Assembly: GCA_963675665.1 (NCBI GenBank)
Contig: OY776510.1
Location: 2,144,001-2,208,000, forward strand
Source of the DNA: Spirochaetia bacterium
Lineage (GTDB): Bacteria; Spirochaetota; Spirochaetia; UBA9216
Direction: 5' to 3'
DNA: 64,000 bases
The notes beneath the pieces are model-generated. The model ran no database searches, was not told where the DNA came from, and worked only from the letters and a program-made list of their open reading frames with translations. Position numbers and translations under genes: made by a program. Within the stretch, counting starts at the first letter, position 1. Every line of letters starts with the position of its first letter. This document shows positions 55,568 to 64,000 of the stretch, in pieces.

Positions 55568-56569
55568 ATGCTTGGATTATTTATTATTGAGAAGAATAAA
55601 CTTGGATTTCTTGAATGTGAGACCCCCGAGATAGGTGAATACGATGCTCTGGTCCAGACTATTGCATGCGGAATATGCAACAGCACTGACTGGAAGATAA
55701 TAGAAGGCCGATTTAAAAAAGGACCTTTCCCGATTTTATTGGGACACGAATCTGTAGGAAGAGTAATAAAAACAGGCAAAAATGTTCATAATTTCAGGGA
55801 AGGAGATCTGGTTCTGCGTCCCAGAATGTATGATAAAGATCTTTCAATACCCGGGAGCGTCAGGTTCGGAGGGTTTGCCCAGTATGCAGTTGTAACCGAT
55901 GTCTGGGCGCGTGACGGTGTTGACTATAATTCAATTCCCCATCCGCAGCAGAAAATCCCCGATTCGATATCGGCCGTCCAGGCGGCAAGCCTGATTACCT
56001 TGAAAGAGAACCTGAGTTCCGTAAAAAACACAAATGTCGGGCCGGGAGAATCTCTGGCTATTGTCGGTACCGGGCCTGTGGCTCAAACAATGGTTATCTC
56101 CGCAAAGCTGCTTGGAATATCACCGATTGCAGTGTTCGGAAGGCAGGAAAAGTGGGCTGATAAATTCATGAAACTGGGCGCCGACTGGTATGTTACCGGA
56201 TCCGAGTATCCTGATGATGTTTTCAGACTGCTTGATCGTGGAGGCTTCGATAAAGTTATCGAAGCCGTGGGTTCACAGGATGCGCTTACCAAATGTCTTG
56301 AGATTGTTAAAAATGACGGATTGATAAATCTTTACGGAATGCCGGCTGATGACGAGGCATATAACGAGGGAACTTTGAAAGATCCGCGAATCACAAGAGC
56401 CAAAGTCTCCGAAGCTGAAGCGCATGACGATATGCTTCGCTGGGTTGAGGAAGGCAAAATAAACCTTGACGACTGGGTTTCTCATGTCCTGCCGTGGGAG
56501 GAATATGAATACGGTTTTAAGCAGGTCAAAGAGAAAAAAGCTGATAAGGTAGTATTGAAAATTAATTAG
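55568..56569 (+). CDS. Zn-binding alcohol dehydrogenase family protein
   Basis: CGICNSTD, LGHESVG, GGFAQY, VGTGPVA, IEAVG. Confidence 0.9.
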   Translation: MLGLFIIEKNKLGFLECETPEIGEYDALVQTIACGICNSTDWKIIEGRFKKGPFPILLGHESVGRVIKTGKNVHNFREGDLVLRPRMYDKDLSIPGSVRFGGFAQYAVVTDVWARDGVDYNSIPHPQQKIPDSISAVQAASLITLKENLSSVKNTNVGPGESLAIVGTGPVAQTMVISAKLLGISPIAVFGRQEKWADKFMKLGADWYVTGSEYPDDVFRLLDRGGFDKVIEAVGSQDALTKCLEIVKNDGLINLYGMPADDEAYNEGTLKDPRITRAKVSEAEAHDDMLRWVEEGKINLDDWVSHVLPWEEYEYGFKQVKEKKADKVVLKIN

Positions 56570-56591
56570 GATAATTATTAAGGAGAGAACA

Positions 56592-56963
56592 TTGTATATA
56601 ACGGATATAAACGATCAAAAAGCAGTAATGACATCTCCGTCCGGCAATTCCATACACTGGATGCTTACAAAAGAAACAGGCATGCCGAATTTTGAATTAA
56701 GATATATTGAAATCCCGGCAGGAGGCCGGACCAGTTATGGTCAGCATGAACATGAACACGGGGTTTTTATTATCGGAGGGACCGGAGAAGTCCGGGGAAA
56801 GAACGGTTCCGGAGATTTTTCGGAAAAACTTGAAGCCGGAAAGGCGGTATTTATTCCGGGGAATGAAGAACACCAGTGGATAAACACCGGTGAAACGGTA
56901 TTGACAATAATATGCGTCATACCACCGGGTGCTGAAGATCAATTCAAACCTGATACGGTTTAA
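56592..56963 (+). CDS. Cupin domain protein
   Basis: PNFELRYIEIPAGG, QHEHEH, FIPGNEEHQWIN; TTG start with SD aaggag. Confidence 0.88.
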   Translation: MYITDINDQKAVMTSPSGNSIHWMLTKETGMPNFELRYIEIPAGGRTSYGQHEHEHGVFIIGGTGEVRGKNGSGDFSEKLEAGKAVFIPGNEEHQWINTGETVLTIICVIPPGAEDQFKPDTV

Positions 56964-56980
56964 CAGGGAGTTTTTTTATT

Positions 56981-58147
56981 ATGCCAGTATTATTACAGTT
57001 TGGAGCGGGAAATATCGGAAGAAGTCTCTGTGCCAATATCTTTTCCGGCCTCGGATTTGAAATTGTTTTTGTTGATACTGATGAAACTCTGGTGAATTTG
57101 CTGAACGAAAAAGGTTTTTTTGAAATTACGGTAAAAGAGAATGAAGAATCTTTGATAAAAATAAGTCCGGTCCGGGCATTGTCGATAAAACAGAAAAGCG
57201 ATGTGGAATTGATGCTTAAAAGCGCTGATATTATATCTACCGCGGTCGGAGCCGGTAATCTTCAACATTTATTCCCGATATTTGCTGAAGCCTTAAATAT
57301 GCGTAAAGATAAGGTTAATATCCTTATTTGTGAGAATGTGAAGAATTCCGAAGAAATTTTTAGAAACGGCCTAAAAGAAGCCGGGTTTAAAAACTTTGAG
57401 CGGACAGGTTTAATAGGTACGGCAATCGAGAAAATGGTCCCGACAGTGCCTGCCGAAATCAGAGAGACGGATCCTCTGGCAACATGGGGGGAAAGTTATA
57501 ACATTCTTCAGGTAAACGCTTCTGCTCAATGCCGGCCTCTTCCTTCAAGCCGTGATATTGTTCCGGTAGGATCGCTGACTGAAATTTATGAAAGAAAGCT
57601 CTATATCGCCAATTTATGCCATACTTTGACCTCAATTCTCGGTTTTCTGAACGGTTATTCATTAATTGCTGATGCATTATCAGTGCCGTCTGTCAAGGAT
57701 TTCGTTAGAAAGGCGGCTGAAGAGTCGGCGCATGTGCTTTCTGAAAAGTACCCCGGTCTGTTCAGTGACCAACCGGCGGATGCGTATATTGCCCAATTTT
57801 TAAGACGGCTCGGGAATAAAGGCCTTAAAGATACTGTATACCGCGGAGGAAGAGACATCGGAAGAAAACTTGCCCCGGGGGAGAGGCTTCTTGGTCCGGC
57901 TGTGCTTTATTACGATGCATTTAACAAACCGCCGGATAATCTGAGCCGGGCTGTTGCTGCCGCTCTATATTTTGAGGCCCCTGATGAGAGCGGCCGGAGT
58001 TTTGAAAAAGACAGTCTTTTATGCAAAACTGTTGCGGAAAACGGAGTTGAGAGTTTTTTCAGGAATAATATAAATCTTGTCGGAAGGGATGGTTTGGTAT
58101 CCCGGATTGATTTCGAATACAGAAAAGGCAGGGAAAGTTTTAAATGA
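56981..58147 (+). CDS. mtlD: Mannitol-1-phosphate 5-dehydrogenase-like protein
   Basis: QFGAGNIGR, STAVG, ICEN, ERKLYIANLCH, DTVYRGGRDIGRKLAPGERL. Confidence 0.75.
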   Translation: MPVLLQFGAGNIGRSLCANIFSGLGFEIVFVDTDETLVNLLNEKGFFEITVKENEESLIKISPVRALSIKQKSDVELMLKSADIISTAVGAGNLQHLFPIFAEALNMRKDKVNILICENVKNSEEIFRNGLKEAGFKNFERTGLIGTAIEKMVPTVPAEIRETDPLATWGESYNILQVNASAQCRPLPSSRDIVPVGSLTEIYERKLYIANLCHTLTSILGFLNGYSLIADALSVPSVKDFVRKAAEESAHVLSEKYPGLFSDQPADAYIAQFLRRLGNKGLKDTVYRGGRDIGRKLAPGERLLGPAVLYYDAFNKPPDNLSRAVAAALYFEAPDESGRSFEKDSLLCKTVAENGVESFFRNNINLVGRDGLVSRIDFEYRKGRESFK

Positions 58148-59661
58148 GTGTAATGGGACTTGATATCGGCACAAGCGGATGCAAAGCTGTATCGATCAGC
58201 AGAGACGGCATGATTCTGGGGATAGCGCACAGGGAATACAGTTTTGATTCTCCATTTCCCGGCCGGCTTGAAATGGATCCTGAAGTTTTATGGACTGCTG
58301 TCTGTGAAGCTATTAAGGAAACATCGGAACTTTGCCTTAAAGATCCTGCAGAGTCGGTTTGTATCGCAACAATGGGCGACAGCTTCGTACCCGTGGATAA
58401 TAACGGAAGGCCGACAGGTCCGTTTATACTTGCATCGGATAACAGATCCTCCGAAGAAACCGGAATGCTTGTTGATCGGCTTGGAAAGAAAAACATATTC
58501 AATCTGACGGGGATGCCGCCGCAGCCAATAAATACGATAACCAAGATTCTGTGGATAAAAAATAAAAACAAGGTGTTGTTTGATGAAAGCCGGATGTTTT
58601 TATGCTGTGAGGATTTTATTATCGGAAGACTTACCGGAAAACCGGTCACCTCATATTCAAGCGCCAGCAGGACAATGGCTTTTGATGTTAACAGTAAAGA
58701 ATGGTCGGATGAAATACTTTCAGCGGCAGGTCTGAATCCTGAAGTTTTTCCGGAGGCTGTGCCGTCAGGCACCGTAGTCGGTATTGTAACTTCAGATTTG
58801 AGCTCCTCTGTTTTCATGAGCAAGGGTGTAAAAGTTGTTACAGGCGGTATGGATCAGACTTGCGCCACAATAGGGGCCGATGCATATGATAAAGGCCGTA
58901 TTTTGAATTCAATGGGTACTCTTGAAGTTCTGGCTCCGACCATCGACAGGGCAAGTATAAAGGGCGAACTGGCCGAGGGATTACTCGGCAAGGATTTTTC
59001 AGTCAACGAGCATGTTATCCCCGGCAAAGTTCTTATTATGGGATTGGTTATTAATGCCGGCTCCATAATCCGATGGTTCAGAAATGAATTTATATCGGGC
59101 GGTGAACAGGAATTTCTGGGAATGTTTGAGGGGTGTAACAAGTCTCTCACCTCTTTGCTTTTCTTCCCATATTTTTCGGGTCGCGGCACGCCGTATATGA
59201 ACCCTGACGCTGTCGGAATGTGGTGGGGACTTGATTTCAGTACGGGCAAAAAAGAGCTTTTTCAGGCGGTGCTTCAGGGCATCAGTTACGAGGCATATAA
59301 AAATCTTAATGCTCTGAAGGCGCTTGGAATTCCCGTCTCATCAATAACCTGTGTAGGCGGAGGCGCAAGATCACTGGACTGGCTGCAAATGAAATCCGAT
59401 TTGTTCGGTGTGCCTGTTAAGCAGAACCTGAATAATGATGCCGCGGGAATTGGCGCCGGAATACTGGCCGGGACGGCAATTGATTACTGGGATTCGCTTG
59501 AAACAGCAACGGCATTATTTACTTCAGAAGAAGAAACACTTAAACCTGATCTCGCCAAAACGGAAATCCTGAAAAAACACTATGAATTATTCGACGAACT
59601 GCATGATGCAGTCCTTTCAAAATATAAAAGGTTCAAGGAGGTATTGCCGTATTTGAGATGA
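58144..59661 (+). CDS. FGGY-family carbohydrate kinase
   Basis: GLDIGTSGCK, SDNRS, SSASRT, GGMDQ, FFPYFSGRGTP, GGGARS..WLQMKSD. Confidence 0.92.
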   Translation: MSVMGLDIGTSGCKAVSISRDGMILGIAHREYSFDSPFPGRLEMDPEVLWTAVCEAIKETSELCLKDPAESVCIATMGDSFVPVDNNGRPTGPFILASDNRSSEETGMLVDRLGKKNIFNLTGMPPQPINTITKILWIKNKNKVLFDESRMFLCCEDFIIGRLTGKPVTSYSSASRTMAFDVNSKEWSDEILSAAGLNPEVFPEAVPSGTVVGIVTSDLSSSVFMSKGVKVVTGGMDQTCATIGADAYDKGRILNSMGTLEVLAPTIDRASIKGELAEGLLGKDFSVNEHVIPGKVLIMGLVINAGSIIRWFRNEFISGGEQEFLGMFEGCNKSLTSLLFFPYFSGRGTPYMNPDAVGMWWGLDFSTGKKELFQAVLQGISYEAYKNLNALKALGIPVSSITCVGGGARSLDWLQMKSDLFGVPVKQNLNNDAAGIGAGILAGTAIDYWDSLETATALFTSEEETLKPDLAKTEILKKHYELFDELHDAVLSKYKRFKEVLPYLR

Positions 59662-59754
59662 ATGTTGCGGGAAAAGAATTAAAAAAAGGGAAATGATGCG
59701 TAAGCATTATTTTTGGAAAAATTATTTTTAAAAACACAGATGGAGGTGTTGATT

Positions 59755-60813
59755 ATGAAAATCAAAATGGCATTAATTCTGGTTGCAGTGTGTTTTCTGG
59801 CGGTTTTTTCGGTATACGCAGGCGGCCAGCAGGAAGCGGAAAAGCCTGTAACAATGTGTACAGCCATCAAGTTTCTTGACAATCCGTATCATATTGACTG
59901 GATAGCCGGAGGCGAAGGATTTGCCGAAAGTATCGGAATGAAAGATATGATAGTAAACCAGGCCTCACAGGGAAGCAGTGAAAAGCAGTTGAACGATATA
60001 AAGGCCCTGATTGCAAAAACCGGCGGAAACGTCATATGCAATATAGATCCGAATCAGGCCCCTGATGTTGTTCCCCTGGCAAAGGCTCTTGAGGATGCGG
60101 GTGTATATTTTGTAACCTGGTGGAACAAACCCGATGATATCAAGGTATGGGACTATGACCACTGGGTATGCCATGTAACCTTTGACGGGGTATCGGCAGG
60201 CAAGTTTATAGCGAACAGTCTGTTTGACACCTTTGAGACTCCGGGCAAGGGAAAGATAGTAGCCCTTGAAGGCCAGCTTGCGAACTCTGCGTTTATTGAA
60301 AGATGGGAAGGTCTGCAGCAGGCGTTGGCAGAAAATCCCGGAGTAGAACTGGTAGCGTATGAGCCGGCCGAATGGGACAGGACGAAAGCCTTCGACAAGC
60401 TGTCGAGTATGCTGGTAGCCCATCCTGATATAGACGGGGTATGGGCGGCAAATGACAATATGGCGCTTGGAGCAATAGAAGCGCTGAGAGCAGCCGGTCT
60501 TGCCGGAAAGGTAAAGGTCTGCGGAGTAGACGGAACAGAAGAAATGATAAGAGCGATAGTTGCCGGCGAAGCCTGTGCAACGGCAGCTCCTGATGCGAAA
60601 TGGCAGGGAGGAATAGGTCTTTCCATGGCATATGCGGCAAAGAACGGCGAGCTTGATGTTGCGTCAATACCGAAAGAGAAGAGACAATGGTATGCTACAA
60701 TGGTAAATATAGACAGCAGCAATGCCCAGGAATGGGTAGAGACTGTAATCGAAGCGACACCCGAATATGACTGGAATGATCATTTCGGACGTTTCCTTAA
60801 AACAATAAAGTAA
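59755..60813 (+). CDS. Monosaccharide (CUT2/RbsB-like) ABC substrate-binding protein
   Basis: Signal peptide; LDNPY, HPDIDGVWAANDNMALGAIEAL, VCGVDG; SD ggagg supports ATG 59755. Confidence 0.9.
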   Translation: MKIKMALILVAVCFLAVFSVYAGGQQEAEKPVTMCTAIKFLDNPYHIDWIAGGEGFAESIGMKDMIVNQASQGSSEKQLNDIKALIAKTGGNVICNIDPNQAPDVVPLAKALEDAGVYFVTWWNKPDDIKVWDYDHWVCHVTFDGVSAGKFIANSLFDTFETPGKGKIVALEGQLANSAFIERWEGLQQALAENPGVELVAYEPAEWDRTKAFDKLSSMLVAHPDIDGVWAANDNMALGAIEALRAAGLAGKVKVCGVDGTEEMIRAIVAGEACATAAPDAKWQGGIGLSMAYAAKNGELDVASIPKEKRQWYATMVNIDSSNAQEWVETVIEATPEYDWNDHFGRFLKTIK

Positions 60814-60832
60814 CCTTTATTGTTAAAAACAA

Positions 60833-60870
60833 ATGATAAAGATTCATGATTTATCATGGATCTTTATCAT
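60833..60870. other. Stem-loop after binding-protein gene
   Basis: ATGATAAAGATTCATGAT-tt-ATCATGGATCTTTATCAT. Confidence 0.55.
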
Positions 60871-60905
60871 ATAAAACTGCTGAAGGGGGAAGATAAATTC
60901 GGAGT

Positions 60906-61913
60906 ATGGAAAAAATTATTAAAACTACAGGTAATCAGAATCCTTTCGGTTATCGGATAAAAAAATTAAGATCAAGTAATTATTTTGGCCCGGTAACAGC
61001 GCTTGTGTTTGTAGCGCTTTTATTTACAATCGGAACGAAAGGCGCTTTTCTTTCAATTGATAATATTCAGGTTATTTTAAATCTTGCATCTGTGGCAACG
61101 ATAATGGCGATTGGAAGTACAATTGTCATCCTCCTTGGGTGTATCGATCTTTCAGCAGAGGGCGTTCTGGCATTCACTGCAATTCTTTGCGGGTATTTAT
61201 TGAAGAATACGAGGAACGCATATGATTTGGGTATAGCAGCCTTGCCGCTGGTCATGGTTATAGGTGCCGGTCTCGGCCTTATCAATGGAATAATCACTAC
61301 AAAACTCAGGATTCCGTCATTTATTGCAACGTTGGGAATGATGTATACCGCTATGGGAATTTCCATAATAATGAGCGGCGGCGCTACTATTCCGGTACGG
61401 GATTCAGAACTGCAGACTTTTGTTAACGGCAGGATAGCCGGAATTCCGACGTTGTTCCTGATATCGGTAGCAGTGGTTATAGTAATCAATATTGTGCTTA
61501 AATCTACCAGATTTGGAAAGTCGGTATATGCTGTAGGCGGGGATGAAGTTCTTGCCAGGCAGGCCGGCATCAATGTGGACAGGACAAAAATAATTGTACT
61601 GGCAATTTCAGGCGCGCTCTACGGGATGGCTGCATTTTTCATGGTGACACGTTTGCAGGCTGCAAATCCCCAGATATCCAAAGGTATGCTTTTCCCCTCG
61701 ATAACCGCTGTTGTCGTCGGTGGAAGTTCAATGTCCGGCGGAATCGGTAACGCTACGAATGCGATAATAGGAGCGCTGATTGTTACCGGTTTGAATAACG
61801 GGATGGTTTTAATGCAGATAAATCCTTTTATTCAAGGGGCGGTAAACGGTGTTGTTCTTATAGCGGCAGTTGCAGCCACTATGGACAGAAAGAAAATCGG
61901 CAACATTAAATAA
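60906..61913 (+). CDS. Monosaccharide ABC permease (RbsC-like)
   Basis: IDLS, IPSFIATLG, TRFGKSVYAVGGDE, ITAVVVGGSSMSGG. Confidence 0.92.
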   Translation: MEKIIKTTGNQNPFGYRIKKLRSSNYFGPVTALVFVALLFTIGTKGAFLSIDNIQVILNLASVATIMAIGSTIVILLGCIDLSAEGVLAFTAILCGYLLKNTRNAYDLGIAALPLVMVIGAGLGLINGIITTKLRIPSFIATLGMMYTAMGISIIMSGGATIPVRDSELQTFVNGRIAGIPTLFLISVAVVIVINIVLKSTRFGKSVYAVGGDEVLARQAGINVDRTKIIVLAISGALYGMAAFFMVTRLQAANPQISKGMLFPSITAVVVGGSSMSGGIGNATNAIIGALIVTGLNNGMVLMQINPFIQGAVNGVVLIAAVAATMDRKKIGNIK

Positions 61914-61930
61914 CGGGAAAGGAGGACATA

Positions 61931-63454
61931 ATGAGTGAGATAAGCCCTGTATTGGAGATTAAAGGTCTTGTTAAATGTTTCCCGGGTGTAGTAGCGCTGG
62001 ATGATGTTGATTTTCATGTGGATCCGAATGAAATTCTCGGGCTTGTAGGAGAAAACGGCGCCGGAAAATCTACGTTAATGAAAGTACTTATCGGATTGTA
62101 TAAACCTGATTCAGGCAGTTATCTGATAAACGGAAAATCCGTTACAATGGAAGGTCCGCTGCAGGCTGTTGAGAGGGGCATCGGAATGGTCTTCCAGGAA
62201 GGTTGCCTTATACCGAATATGACTGTTGCAGAGAATTTATTTCTGTGCCATGAAGCAAAATTCAAGAGAAACGGTTTTATTAACACCGGGTTGCTGCACA
62301 GCGAAGCGGAGAAGTTGCTTGGGGAACTCAGTGTTGATGTAAATCCGGGAGCATATGTAAGGGATATAAGTCCTGCGTGCAAGCAGATGGTAGAGATCGC
62401 AAGGCTTCTATGGTTATCGCGTGATTCAGGGATAAAGAACCCGGTGCTTATTCTTGACGAACCTACAACAGTACTTCTTGATGATGAGATCCAGGTCCTT
62501 TTTTCCGTGCTGAAAAGTGTCAAGCAAAATGCCTCGATTATTTTTATTTCGCACCGCCTTGAAGAAATTCTGCAGCTTTCCGATCGGATTGTAGTTTTCA
62601 AAGACGGTAAATTTTCGGCGGAATTTACCGGAGATAACGCTACTATTGAAAAGATTGAAGAAAATATGGTCGGACATGAAATGGCTGAAGAGCATTATCG
62701 TGAAAGTGAGCAGAAAGAGCCGGCTGATGATGTAATTCTTGAGGTCAGGGAAATGTCCATGGAAGGATATTTCGATCCCATCAGCTTTTTCCTGCACAGG
62801 GGAGAAATCCTGAGCTTTGTCGGAGCACTCGGATCCGGTAAAGAGGAAGTCTGCCGCTGTATAGCCGGAATCCAAAAACCTGATAAAGGACATATTCTGA
62901 TAAATGGACGTGAGATCCGATTGGGGTCGACGAAGGCTGCCATTAAAGACGGTGTCGGCTACATTCCTATAGACAGAAGGCAGGAAGGTCTGGCCCTTCA
63001 GCTGGATGTAGCATCCAATATTAATTTTCTGATTTTGAAAAAAATGATAAAAGGATTTCTAATCAGCCCGGTAACCGAGAAAGAGTCTGCTGAAAAATGG
63101 ATTTCCAACTGCCAGGTAAAGACCCCGGGTATAAAAACACATTGTTCGAAGCTTTCCGGCGGTAACCAGCAAAAAGTGGTTATTGCAAAATGGCTGGCGG
63201 CAAATGTTAAGGTGCTTATTCTTGACCATCCGACAAGAGGAATAGATGTCGGAACCAAGGACGAGATTTATCACAGAATCAGAGAACTTGCAGAAGAAGG
63301 AATGGCGGTTATCCTGATGTCCGACAGAATTGAAGAAGATATAGGTTTGTGTAACAGGATGATTATGATGAAGGACGGAAAAATAACGAAGGAAATGAAT
63401 TGTCCTCCGGATAATAAACCGACTCCTCTGAACGTAATTGAATACATTGTTTAA
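61931..63454 (+). CDS. Monosaccharide ABC ATP-binding protein (RbsA-like, duplicated NBD)
   Basis: FPGVVAL, GENGAGKSTL, LDEPT, ISHRL, LSGGNQQKV, PTRGIDVG. Confidence 0.95.
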   Translation: MSEISPVLEIKGLVKCFPGVVALDDVDFHVDPNEILGLVGENGAGKSTLMKVLIGLYKPDSGSYLINGKSVTMEGPLQAVERGIGMVFQEGCLIPNMTVAENLFLCHEAKFKRNGFINTGLLHSEAEKLLGELSVDVNPGAYVRDISPACKQMVEIARLLWLSRDSGIKNPVLILDEPTTVLLDDEIQVLFSVLKSVKQNASIIFISHRLEEILQLSDRIVVFKDGKFSAEFTGDNATIEKIEENMVGHEMAEEHYRESEQKEPADDVILEVREMSMEGYFDPISFFLHRGEILSFVGALGSGKEEVCRCIAGIQKPDKGHILINGREIRLGSTKAAIKDGVGYIPIDRRQEGLALQLDVASNINFLILKKMIKGFLISPVTEKESAEKWISNCQVKTPGIKTHCSKLSGGNQQKVVIAKWLAANVKVLILDHPTRGIDVGTKDEIYHRIRELAEEGMAVILMSDRIEEDIGLCNRMIMMKDGKITKEMNCPPDNKPTPLNVIEYIV

Positions 63455-63471
63455 ATACAAAGGAGCATGGT

Positions 63472-64000
63472 GTGGCAGACGTTAAAATATCTGATATCAA
63501 AAAAGTTGGAGGGATTCGCAGGCTGGTTTCCGATTTGCCTACGATATATATTTCTCTTTTCATACTGCTGGTTCTGGTTGTAGTGCTTTATATAGGAAAT
63601 CACAGCTTCCTGTCAAAATATAATTTAAAGGTCCTTGCCGACGGAACAACTATTCTTCTGTGCGTAGGGCTGGGGCAGGTGTTTGTTATTCTGACAGGTG
63701 GAATAGATCTTTCTGTAGGCGGAGTGATGTCTCTTGTGGCGGTTGTTTTCCTGTCTACAGTAGAGCATATCGGTTTTGCAGCCTTTCCTCTTGCACTGGC
63801 AGTAGGTGCGGTCGCCGGGCTGATTAATGGAATTGTATATACGAAGCTCAGAATTCCCTCGTTTATATGTACTCTGGGGACAAACGGCATATTTGTAAGC
63901 ATAACATATTTAATAACCGCTGCGCCTATTTCGGCGCCTGGAAAGGTTCATCATTATCTTGATATTGTAAACGGCAAGATAGGAGGGTTTAACAACGGAT
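63472..64000 (+). CDS. Second monosaccharide ABC permease (3' truncated; absent from ORF track)
   Basis: GTG 63472 after SD aaggag; open frame ...GLGQVFVILTGGIDLSVG...GLING...LRIPSFICTLG. Confidence 0.88.
   Translation, partial: MADVKISDIKKVGGIRRLVSDLPTIYISLFILLVLVVVLYIGNHSFLSKYNLKVLADGTTILLCVGLGQVFVILTGGIDLSVGGVMSLVAVVFLSTVEHIGFAAFPLALAVGAVAGLINGIVYTKLRIPSFICTLGTNGIFVSITYLITAAPISAPGKVHHYLDIVNGKIGGFNNG

Noticed and set aside
1-64000. CRISPR arrays, rRNA/tRNA genes, IS elements, prophage
   Set aside because: No regularly spaced direct repeats, cloverleaf motifs, transposase/integrase or phage ORFs seen; the longest intergenic gap (24169-24802) is largely explained by operators, a promoter and a leader.

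Overview
64-kb bacterial chromosomal window, mostly metabolism and signalling genes. The host is probably a free-living Spirochaetales member: four solute-binding proteins start with signal peptide + 'AGGx(Q/S)E' and there are spirochaete-style MCPs (inference). About 56 CDS: a PHP/SrlD-like/rhamnulokinase block; MCP-cheW; a cstA / two small membrane proteins / ArsA(Get3)-type ATPase block; an orphan HTH-fused N6-adenine methyltransferase; a LacI-controlled alpha-glucoside ABC + sucrose phosphorylase unit; an ALDH / Liv-type ABC / Lrp / saccharopine-dehydrogenase-family unit; ferritin; a GntR / nucleoside phosphorylase / ABC unit; an ABC-2 exporter; an EAL / MalT-like STAND regulator / ATC-hydrolase-like trio; gluconokinase; orphan Dam; and a >14-kb uncharacterised sugar/polyol catabolic operon running off the right end. 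Signals not in the ORF track: (1) a HesB/IscA-like selenoprotein gene at 47873-48163 with in-frame TGA and a SECIS-like hairpin; (2) a 16-bp box at the same distance from a candidate -10 element upstream of both genes flanking the MalT-like regulator; (3) a modular intergenic hairpin repeat in three copies; (4) LacI- and GntR-type operators. No rRNA, tRNA, CRISPR array, transposase or prophage gene was recognised. All assignments come from motif recognition by eye; no searches were run.
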